The notes beneath the pieces were generated by a model. That model did not search any database and was not told the origin of the DNA. It was given only the letters and a program-made list of their open reading frames with translations. Position numbers and translations under genes: made by a program. DNA of 48,270 bases, filler included, from Catajapyx aquilonaris (taxonomy: Eukaryota): the NCBI GenBank assembly GCA_000934665.2. It is 2 parts of 2 records of this genome, joined end to end, with 100 filler letters (N's around TTAATTAATTAA, not from the genome) between each part and the next. Parts side by side here need not be neighbours in the genome. Positions count along the whole stretch, not along the records: positions 24,192 to 48,270 come from JYFJ02005576.1; 1 more part is not named here. One strand, given 5' to 3'. Shown here in pieces: positions 38,425 to 48,270 of the stretch. Each line of letters opens with the position of its first letter. Within the stretch, counting starts at the first letter, position 1.

Positions 38425-39150
38425 CAGTAAAACCTCGATATAACGCTCCCGCATGTAACGTTAAATATCCGCTTTTAACGGTCCTTTTTCCGGTCCCTTG
38501 ATCAGCCCCGTAAGGCCCAATGGTAAATTTTCCTGCTTATTACGCTTTCCCGCATATACCGCTCGGTTTCCCTCGTCCCCAAAGAAACTTATCCCGCATA
38601 TAACGTCAATTTCCGTCACTTTCCTCCCAATAATCGCGATTATGAGTAAAGTGACGGAAATTGAAAGAAATTCCAATTTGGCTACAGATTTTGAAAACAT
38701 TTTGTAGATTTTCCCCTTGTTCGGCGTTCATTTCTTGTCGTAAGAAAAAACCACGTGTCAATACGTGACGGTCACGTTTATTTATAAATATTGATAGTTG
38801 AAAATGTAGGTTGTCGCTATTTGTAAAAGACAAGACAGTGGAACCTAGGATGACCGTTCCTTTTTTGTTTTATAGCTCGTTTGAAGGCGCTTTCAACCGT
38901 ACCTTACACATTTAATTATTACCTTAAGTTTAAGCTTGAGAAATGATAAACCTCTGGATGGGGTGGTCCTAAACTTTCGGGAAAGACTGTAGTGGTACGT
39001 GGGCATAGGTCAGTTCAGGTTAACGTGGTTGATAGGCTTCAATCTACATAGCAACAGTGAAGGCATTCATTTCCTGAGAAAAAGGTGAATTAAATCGTAT
39101 TTCACGCTTATAACCCTATACTTTTAGGCGGTCCCTTGAAGAGCGTTATT
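38425..39150. mobile_element. Tigger/pogo-like non-autonomous element, right end eroded
   Basis: Starts CAGTAAAACCTCGATATAACG; GGTCCCTTGA at ~38492 and ~39130, the latter followed by AGAGCGTTAT. Confidence 0.55.
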
Positions 39151-39443
39151 TTGTTGCTCGTTCTTTTCTTTGTGGCTACGAATGAGCAAAATATGCAAAT
39201 ATCACTGATCACTAGAGCATACCACGAAGTTGGTTCATGCTGACATCGTAAGTTACTAGTCTATAGTCAATCCAATGCAAGCAATATCATGACGAGGATA
39301 CATCCGGATTGGCCGGATTAGGGTCTTTGGCATATTTGTAATCGCTAATTGAAAGTAAATGACAAAATGAATAGCTTCTGCAAAATCACCCACAGTGCAA
39401 GGCAATACACTGTATACATGCACGTACCGGTATCCTTGTAGAT

Positions 39444-39884
39444 CAGTGGTCCCCAACCTTGGGGGCGTGAGAGGATTTCAGGGGGGGGGGGGNNNNNNNN
39501 NGGCGTGAGGCCATGAGAAATAAGTAAAATATATGTACGTAACATGCTTGCACTTGGAGCTGCTGGAAATATGAAGGGGCCGACTTTTCTACTTGCTTGT
39601 ATATACGATGTGCTTACAGTATAGGAGGATTACACTGTACTTTGTCCGTTACATTCACCTAAACTTGTGTGACCTTGAACCCCCAAAATATTTCGCCAGC
39701 GGTGGGCTTATTGTCCCTTCTGTCGTTTCCCATATTATGATTTGTTCTCATTCCTATTGTGTATATCAAAATATCGTCCAAGAAGCTCTTGCTGGAATTT
39801 ATTGGGACGGGGAGGGGGGGGGGGCGTGAGTGTTTGGTGAAAACGAAAAGGGGGGCGTCATGACGAAAAGGTTGGGAACCACTG
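39444..39884. mobile_element. hAT (Charlie-like) MITE
   Basis: TIRs CAGTGGTCCCCAACC / GGTTGGGAACCACTG with a perfect 8-bp TSD TTGTAGAT on both sides. Confidence 0.92.
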
Positions 39885-40377
39885 TTGTAGATGATGATGT
39901 CTTTATGGTTCTACATGGTTTAACATCGGGTTCAATAAAACTTGCCTAAAATGACATTAGAGGCCGTGACTGGAGTGCCGTCGAAAAATTTTCATTCCAG
40001 AAATATTTTTTCCATCTGGAACAATAGGTTACTTACCAGAATGAAATTCTGTAACCATATCACAATATTACTGTATTGCACGCGAGGTTGACAGTTATAG
40101 GCAAGAAACAAAAAAGTGGCAACCAGCATTGGGCCATTGATCTCATTTGGCCCCGATATCTCATTTCCAGATTAAAAACACACTTTAAGTACCTTTTGTA
40201 ACATATTTATTATCCCAGATGACCTCTTAACAAAGAACACAGAGGCTTTTTTATTTAGAGTAATAATATTGTTATACTGACCAGAACTACCGGTAGCTCT
40301 TCAGAAAGAGATTTTCTCATTTTTTAAAGAAAAAAAAGCAAAAAGGTTTCACTTCTACAAGTTCTGTAGGCTCCTTC

Positions 40378-40719
40378 CTACAGATCGTCAACTGTGCAGT
40401 TGTGAGACAAAAATGTGGCACAAGTGAGAAATGGTGTGTGACAAAAAGTACAGTAGATCCCATCCTGATGGCGGCTATGGACGTGTGACATCAATTTGCC
40501 TTCGGTGTTGAAGGCATGGCCACACAAACATATACAGGGTTGTGTAATTGTGTGGATGCTCATGTGTGTTGCCAGGGCCGCCTCCCGCTTGAACGCTCGG
40601 TCACACACCCAGCAGATATGTCCATTGCTTTTCTCCGGTTTCTCCGGTTCCAGGCCCTTCAACACTTTCTCAATCGCCTGGTCCTTGTCCATCTTCCCCA
40701 TCACGTGCTTGTGCTCCGT
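40378..40719 (-). CDS. Terminal coding exon of a C2H2 zinc-finger protein (three fingers, the last C2HC-like)
   Basis: Reads CWVCDRAFKREAALATHMSIH, CLCGHAFNTEGKLMSHVHSRH and CTFCHTPFLTCATFLSHNC. Acceptor TATTTCCCAG ends at 40720 (phase 0), stop TAG at 40378, AATAAA near 40208. Confidence 0.8.
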   Translation of the reverse strand, partial: TEHKHVMGKMDKDQAIEKVLKGLEPEKPEKSNGHICWVCDRAFKREAALATHMSIHTITQPCICLCGHAFNTEGKLMSHVHSRHQDGIYCTFCHTPFLTCATFLSHNCTVDDL

Positions 40720-40814
40720 CTGGGAAATAGGTCATCAAGTAATCACAATCACATCAATGAGTAATTTATTAGGGATATATACTCCACGTAAGCTACATCG
40801 CTCTGGTAAGTGTT

Positions 40815-41626
40815 ATAAGTGCAAAAACATTACCTCCCTTGAAAAAAGGGTAGTAAGACCTCCGTGGCCGAATGAAAGTACTGAAACAAGGCAGGCGCGC
40901 GTAAGACCTTCACCAATTGATTTAAGCTGTTCCATAGGTCTTACTCAAGCAATTTCCAATTTACTGCTCATGAAGTCTCCTTTCTGAAAACAATGGGTGG
41001 AATTTTCATTGTACTACTAGTTACTTCTAACTTAGCAGTATTATACCAGTGCAGTGTAGTGCAATGGTACTGCTAAGTTAGCAGTAACTATAGTTACTAC
41101 GAGGTAGTACCATACGACGAAAATTCCACCCATTAATTTTCCGTGAGCCATTCCAATTAGGAACTTCAATGTTAAGCACATTGAATTTCTATTCGATTGG
41201 TGCGAATTTATTGCCACGGAACATTTATGCAGAATGGTCACCTCTTTTAGATGCTGACTTTAACTCTAATGTTTAATATATATTTCACGTGTAAACGTAA
41301 ATTGGCGAATTTTCGGGGGTCTTTTTCGATTGGGGACTCTGCATTTTCAGGAACGAAAATTTCCAAGTCTGTGAGGATGGGTTCAGTTTTTTAAAATTAT
41401 TATTCAAAATAAAACCCTGCCTTCCGCTCTGAGTAGTTTGCAGTAGTAACTTTTACAAGCCATTCCGCACAATACTTTAGAATTGCTTTAGTAAGACCTA
41501 TGGTACACCTTAAATCAATTGGTGAAGACTGAAGGTCTTACGTGCGTCTGCCTTGTTTCAGTACTTTCATTCCGCCACGGTGGTCTTACTACCCTTTTTC
41601 ACTGAAGGGCATGATTTTGCACTTAT
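40815..41626. mobile_element. MITE with ~140-bp TIRs and an internal hairpin, in the zinc-finger gene intron
   Basis: 40815-40955 is the reverse complement of ~41481-41626 (ends ATAAGTGCAAAA / TTTTGCACTTAT). Nested IR ATGGGTGGAATTTTC ~40993 / GAAAATTCCACCCAT ~41118. Confidence 0.85.
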
Positions 41627-42717
41627 TTCAGTTCTTTTTTTAACCTCTTCGCTACCAGCTATACCGCCATCGCCTGGGTTTTCGCTCAAACGTACTCTGA
41701 TGATATGGACAATATAAGTTATTTTACAAATAATAACAGCTCTAGTGCTATACGTATCACACTGGCACGTTTATGCCAGTGTTCGAAACTGCGATGCATG
41801 AGCAGGTCGCCAAGGGCATCTGAAACATAGGTTAAGGTCGCCAAAACTGGATGACTAGTCGCCATGATTTTTTGGTATTACTGTTCCATAGTACAAACTG
41901 AATTGTATAGGCCTGGGCTGTAACGTCAACATTATTTATGTTTCACAATTATTGAAGACGTCAGTTGCCATAGGGCCCACCTCCCAACTTTTCGAAACTG
42001 TTCTATTGTGGATTCCTATACTCTTGGAGTCGGCCCTCATATTCCTGGTGAAGATGAAGCGCCAAAGTCAACCAGAAGTGCCTTAAAATTGAATGTGATG
42101 CTATTCAGTCCATTGCCTATACTGCAGGAGTTGGAAACTGACTGTACCTGTACATAGATTAGATTGGGATTGATGCTCAGCTTCCAGAAAACATGCTCTG
42201 TAACTCGAGATGTCATAAGGGCACACCATGTGGCAATAAATAGTTGAAAGCAATATCCTGCCTACGTTTATGGGAAATGGGAACAACATCATGTTAATGT
42301 TTCAGTTAATGACGTTCACAGTTAGTACATGTTTACTTCGGAAAGTGACACTGCTGGGAACACCATTTGAGCCATTGGAAATCAAAACTTTGAGTCATGA
42401 GTCATTGGGCTCAAGTTAAGCGCTTTCCTCTCTCTCTGCATTATTTGACGCAAGTTGAGTGCATGGAGATGATAAAATTACTGTTGCATTGATTTCACAG
42501 ACGCAACTTGTTTTGTGTCAATATGTCAACAACTCGGAATTCATTCTTCCATGATCATTGACTGCAACAGGTTCGCTTTGGGCACAACTAAAATGAGTAA
42601 CATGCCACCAACACCAGGAAATAGTGTAGGGCAGTAACATTGCAAGGTGCAGTGGCGTGTGCACGGGGGGGGGGGGGTCAGTGACAGTGACAATGACATC
42701 GGGCTAATATTTTCTAC

Positions 42718-42872
42718 CCTCTTGGCCACTCGGCACGGCACTCGGTTTGAAAAGTGCGGCTTCCTTTTCGTCACGAAGCGCGGCGATGCCAGCTCCTGCT
42801 TCTTCACTGTGGAGGTGGAGGGGATCGGTGGGGGCAGAGAAGTATTAGCCGGCTGCCAACTCAACTCGAGCA
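42718..42872 (-). CDS. Putative internal exon of the zinc-finger gene
   Basis: Acceptor TTTTGGCCAAATAG and donor AGG|GTAGAA; open frame LELSWQPANT...RVAKR ends phase 0, compatible with the 40719 acceptor. Confidence 0.5.
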
Positions 42873-43797
42873 CTATTTGGCCAAAAACACAATCGGCTCA
42901 CGACAGATATAACTTTCTCCACAAGCTACATCGCTCTGGTAAGTGTTATAAGGGAAGTAACAGACGTAACAGTTGTCCCCTCCCAACAATCCGTCGACAG
43001 AAAAATGAAATGCACGGCAACTGACAATGCTTTCATTGTGTTTTGGACAACACCGTACTTTTTAAACTGAAGAGAAGCCGGAGAATAACGCGTTACATCT
43101 GCCATGCTGCTCTAAACCCCATTTAAAAATCCGTAGCAACACCAGTCTAATGCTAGATGTGGCCCAAATCTCGTTAAAATATATCGCCTCTCATATCCAT
43201 GCTTAATTTGAAGGCCCCATGCAGTGTGCATAGTATGTGAGGCCCCGAACGGCGAGGATGGGGGTGTGTGATGGGTTTTGGGAGGTTTTAAATCATGCCC
43301 TTCTTTGACCCCCTCCCCTCCCTTACCCCCCTCCCAGCAACCCGCTTGGAGCCTTATTCGGGAGAATTTCTTGTCCAAATTTATGGGTTGTAGCAGTGCG
43401 TATTATTCGGTAGGCCCGTGGCGGCTTGGTCTTCTCCAGACAGGCCCGGAAGCATAAATTACTATGTGAAGATCATACAAAGTACGGTATCTGGGAAGGG
43501 CCACGCCTGACTTCACTTCTGCCAAAACTAGGTCGAAGGTTCGATTTTGGGCGTGATGGGGGAAAGGAAGGGAGATTATTCTCAGCTTTTTTGCATATTT
43601 GTGGGAGCCGTCTGGGGCTAATTTGACGCGTATTGTAGGCCTACAAGTAGAAAGATGGAATTTTTGGTCCCTATCATGCATTCCTTTGTCTTGAGGGAGA
43701 TTTGAAAATCAGAAAGAGTCTATGAGTTTTGTGGCCAGTGTACAATAGGCCTACAATTTATTGCTGGGGGTGGGGAGGGAAGCAGTTTCTCATAATT

Positions 43798-44037
43798 GAG
43801 GGGTATCAGATCAAAGGCGGCTAAGTAAAAAAAAGGGTCGTAAAATCAGCAAAAACTGCTGATTACTTAACTTTCACTGGTACAATCTTGAATCTTCTTG
43901 CGTCCATATGTTGCCACGGCTCAGCTACATACGCAAATGTGCAATTAATACCAAATGACACTGAAATATTGTTGCTGGACGTATTTGTGTTACACCCTCC
44001 AAAAATGGACTTAGCCACCTTTGATCTGAGACCCCTC
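43798..44037. mobile_element. Sola-like MITE
   Basis: TIRs GAGGGGTATCAGATCAAAGGCGGCTAAGT / ACTTAGCCACCTTTGATCTGAGACCCCTC with 4-bp TSD AATT. Confidence 0.8.
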
Positions 44038-44296
44038 AATTATTAGAAATTGCTGTCGTGATAAGTAGTAGCTCAGGTGCTGGGGTTGCTGTTTCAGGGT
44101 AAAGTTTTGTACGGCATCTAACATTGCAGAGCAAAAAAGGAAGTCATAACTGGTCAAACCTATAAAGTCCCAGCAGCTCACACATGAAAATTATGACTAA
44201 AAGCCCGTGTATATGCAGAACAAAAATTATAACAGAGGCTGTTTTCTTACAATATCAGGAATAAAATATCAGAATAACTTAGCCTATAAGAATTAC

Positions 44297-44361
44297 CTCC
44301 ATCTCCACCTTTCCGGGGGTTCTCTTGTCCATTGATGTTTCGTCTTCTCAAACTGACACGC
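44297..44361 (-). CDS. Possible further upstream exon of the zinc-finger gene
   Basis: Acceptor TTTTTTGGCAG and donor GAG|GTAATT; frame RVSLRRRNINGQENPRKGGDG ends phase 1, compatible with the 42872 exon. Confidence 0.35.
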
Positions 44362-45693
44362 CTGCCAAAAAAGCAGTGGGAATGAAACATGGCATGCGAC
44401 AGGAGCCAAAAAGGGCTATTAGAATACACATAAATTGCGGTTATTGACAGTGAAAGAATTTTAATTATTATTTCATCATAATTCTAGGTGTCTCTCAATA
44501 ACATGCACATTTTGCAGAGTATCTCCGTCATCAGGTCTGCTACATACAAAACAATCCCCCAGCTTCAATTTTTATGTCACCGAAACCGAAGTTATTGTCT
44601 TCAGTGTCCCCTGTTATGACAGCTGTCGAGTGGTTGCGTGACGGGCCATGCTGCTGTTGGACTCTCCATGCATTCAGTGTTAAACCTGTTTTTTGTTAAT
44701 GCGTGACCGCGCAAGGGAAATATTGTTGCATGGGAGCTTAGTGGGTGGCATTTTAACATCGTCAAATTAATAGGTCACTCGGGAAACTCGTTGGTGTCTG
44801 CTTGATAGGCCTTCCCACAGAAAATAATATTCTTACATCCGGCGAAAGCAATGATGATGTAGTTTTAAATAGTAAGTAGTAAAATTGCGGATACTACTAA
44901 ATTATATTGCGAGGTGTATGTGGGAGTGTGCGGTGTAAAGTTTACAAGAGGCGCACAACAAAATAATGGAAGGGGATAAGCATAGGCTACTTCATGCGGG
45001 CTTTTTGTGCCGCAGCCGCATATCTAGTGTCTCTGACTGCGACCGTGAAAGAACCGTATATACCCCTTAGCCATAGTGAAACTTTGGTCATTTAGCCCAC
45101 CTAATCTACGTAATTAATAAGGGATAATCCGCAGGTAGCTCGGAGTTGTCAAGTTGGCAAAAGTTTAGGCCCTCCTTTTGATGGGAGTTGTGCTCTAATT
45201 GGCATTAATTGGGGCTGGCAAAGGCGAGTCTGGAACAGAGCTGAGGTGAACTGTGACATCAAGGGTGACCCGTGTCTGCCATACCGCTTGAAGAATAACT
45301 AGTCCAAAAATGGACCAGCTTACAGTAGCCCATACTGCAATATAGTTTTTGACTTGCTATGGAATATTATTGCATGAAATAATTCTACTAAATAACATGT
45401 GGAATCTGTATCTTATACTTCGATATAATCAAGGTTTTTGGTGCTAAAGATGCATATGAGTGTAAACTAAAAGAGTAAAAGATAAAACTCCGAATTTTTT
45501 ATGCAATTCTAAATATGTACAGGAGTCATCTACCGCCATTGCATGAAAAGTAAAAACAACAATTATTTACAGTTCTTAGCCACTCAGTGCTGATCGTTTT
45601 GTAATAGAAAAGTGGCAACATTTTGAATGCAATTGTCGCAACTCCAGAATTGATAGGACAAAACTGTGGGTTTCACTTTGTCATTACTCATTA

Positions 45694-46053
45694 GGGGCCG
45701 TCCATATACCACGTGACCGATTTTAGGCCACTTTTTGACCCCTCCCCCTCCCCCCCTTCTCACGTGGTTTTTTTGAAATGCCAATGACGTTATCAGAACA
45801 AACGCGATCGAAAATGATAGCTCCTCAACGAAACTGTTTAAGCACGTAAAAAACATGTCTCCCCATGTTTTCGGGGTCGCTGATTTCGAATTTTAGGTTA
45901 TTTTGAACCCATGTGCATCTGTAAAAGCTCCCATATGTGCCAATTCACCGCGTTCAGAGATACCACATGAATTTTNGTGACCAACCGTGGTATATCAGCA
46001 GACCCTCCCTCCCACCTCCCCCCAAAACGGTCACGTGGTATATGCACGGCCCC
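45694..46053. mobile_element. PIF/Harbinger (Tourist-like) MITE
   Basis: TIRs GGGGCCGTCCATATACCACGTGACCG / CGGTCACGTGGTATATGCACGGCCCC with 3-bp TSD TTA. Confidence 0.9.
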
Positions 46054-46273
46054 TTAGACATTATAAAGGAACAATGCTTTTTAAAAATCTGACATTTCCA
46101 AATACTTTTTCACCAGTAGAGTCCTGCTTTGTGTGATCGAGTAGAGTAGCTACTATAAACTGATGTATCGTATAATTTGGCCATATCGTGATCCGGCAAC
46201 CTTGAGTCTGTTTCACGCATGCATTACTCTGCAAAATTCCTGTACTTACAAGCGTATAGTTACAATGATCAGC

Positions 46274-46595
46274 GGGAGGCATGGTGGTCTGGTGGTTACG
46301 CCACTGGCCAGTCAAGCGGGAGGCCGGGGTTCAAATCCCGTCCCCGTCACCTCTGCTTGGCAGGGTCTTTTTTCGCTTTTCATCCGACATGCCGGGGCAG
46401 AATTGCACTCCCTACTCTGCCCAGGGCCAGGAGAAAAGGTCTGGTGTATTTCAGAAAGTCAGAAATGACTATAATTACAGCGCCCTCCCTATAGGTTTAC
46501 ACCTGCAATATTCTTTTATCTATGACTGAGTGCCCTCCCTTGGGAACCTCCCCTTCCCCCATAAAAGGGCTCCGCCCTATCACGGGGCAAATTAA

Positions 46596-46648
<53 letters not shown>
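46274..46648 (+). mobile_element. tRNA(Asp)-related SINE ending in (AAT)n
   Basis: Head TGGTCTGGTGG (A box), GTCAAGCGGGAGGCCGGGGTTCAAATCCC (B box; resembles the tRNA-Asp 3' half); (AAT)n tail 46596-46648. Confidence 0.78.
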
Positions 46649-48270
46649 GCAACACTTTTGATAGCAGTTATGTTATACAGTTCCTTTTTTTGCAGAGTTT
46701 TTGTAATGCACAATTGATACGGTACCATACCATTTAATTTCACCGAATTACTGAACGTGAAAATGCGAGAAGTAATGCCTAAATAACTTACCAGTATTTT
46801 TTTTAAATGGGCATATCGGGACTGGCCAGCAGCGTCTAATACAATCAACGAATACAATGCAAATAATACTAATATTATTGTAACAGCTTATATAGCTATC
46901 ATTGAATGCATCGTAAATGAAGTAGCTTTGCTATTTATGGCTACGATACATCGACATGCCATGTGATATTATTGCTGTGTATACAACAATAATTTTTGCG
47001 AGAGCACGTGCGAGAGTGTGGACTACGCAGTGGGCCGTCAGTTTCGGGTACACAGAGCGGAGTCTACGAGCATCCCGACGCCCAGATTCGACGCCCGGAG
47101 ACCAGAGGAACACTCGGGACTCCCGGAGGCCCACCCGGAAAGAGAGTGCCAGTGACAGCGAATGTGAAAGGCCCATGCCTGGCCCATGCTCAGGCTTGTG
47201 AGATTTGGGGGGTTACTGATGGGAATAATGAAAGACTGGGACTACTGGGGCCTCATCAGCCCCCTGTCACTTCCCCCCAAGCCGTAGCCTATGGATACGG
47301 TGGTTTAATTCCTGTGTGTCACTTGGGGGCTGGTCCTCATACTGGAATCGACACTTGCTGGGTGAGTGGGTAACCCCTCTTACTGTTAGTAACCGGACTC
47401 CCTAATGCTGCCGTCAGATGTGAGAGAACCGTAACTCATTATACACTTCCCTTGCATCGAGAAAAGAAAGCAAGTGTTACCGCAATCATCCAAGAGGTGG
47501 CGTTGGGGGAAGGGGGGAAAAGAAACGGCATCCCAACTCCACCTGTTGGGTGCTTTTGGTACCACTGCTTTTTTTCTCGCCGCAAAGGGAAGTGGACATT
47601 GAGTTACGGTATTCTCATATTTGACGGCAGAATGACCCCTATGAAAATATTTACATGTGCACTATGGTACTGTAATACCTCACTTAAAGCGGCATGCCGG
47701 TATAACCTGGGGGTGGCCGGCATGCTGCAATAGTCGAGGCACATGTCCATAATTTTGATCCTGTGGTACACAAGAGTTCGGGGGGCGCCTCCCCTGGCTA
47801 CGTCACTGTGCACAGTACATAGATGGTGGTCAATCCCATCGTCAGCCTCCTTTGATAGGGAACCCCCCACTACGTCACAAAAGATCAAGGCTAACTTCTT
47901 CAGTCCTTTGCTGTGCTTAATACTCGTACCTCACTGGTCGCAGGTTTTGCTGGTTCTATATTCAGGCACACTGGTAGGTAGTTAATAATAATATCAGTAA
48001 TATTAATAAATGAAAGAGTTAGTTACATAACTATCTCCCAGAAAAATCAACTTGGGCCTTATTTTATTTTTCGAGTGAAAGATACCGACATATTATATTA
48101 TTTCCCCAAAAATTATGTTGCTTGTTTACCGTCAATTTTAGGTTGAAAATTGTTATCTTGCGACAAGGCAAAAAGATACTTGCTCTGATCTGAAAATATT
48201 GGGACACCCCCAAAAAATGGAGTGGTGGGGTTATACACAGGATGTGATAAAAAGTTTCCATTAAGATTAT

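Noticed and set aside
40496..40987. Longest ORF in the track (163 aa, +)
   Set aside because: Antisense shadow of the zinc-finger exon running into a MITE TIR.
46516..46857. Poly-Tyr / poly-Ile ORFs
   Set aside because: Translations of the (AAT)n SINE tail.

Overview
Eukaryotic genomic DNA, probably from an AT-rich invertebrate (inferred), with two halves separated by a 100-bp assembly gap at 24092-24191. The left half (~1-22.6 kb) is a densely packed, heavily decayed gene array on the minus strand. Hand-decoding across stops and frameshifts gives motifs of a herpesvirus-type large terminase (UL15-like Walker A, Walker B, coupling motif and RNase H nuclease), a long UL5/PIF1-type SF1 helicase, a tyrosine recombinase, an intronless alpha-arrestin-like gene and a pair of paralogous unknown genes. 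Next to these is a non-coding control region with a 290-bp near-perfect palindrome and clustered bZIP, NF-kB and YY1 sites. The best reading is a fossil endogenous herpes-like (Duplodnaviria) virus carrying its own tyrosine recombinase, later invaded by host transposons including a solo LTR with a clean TSD. The right half is ordinary host DNA with many MITEs (hAT, Harbinger, Sola-like, pogo-like), a tRNA-derived SINE and the 3' exons of a small zinc-finger gene. All protein assignments in the viral relic come from manual motif recognition in pseudogenised sequence and need profile-search confirmation.
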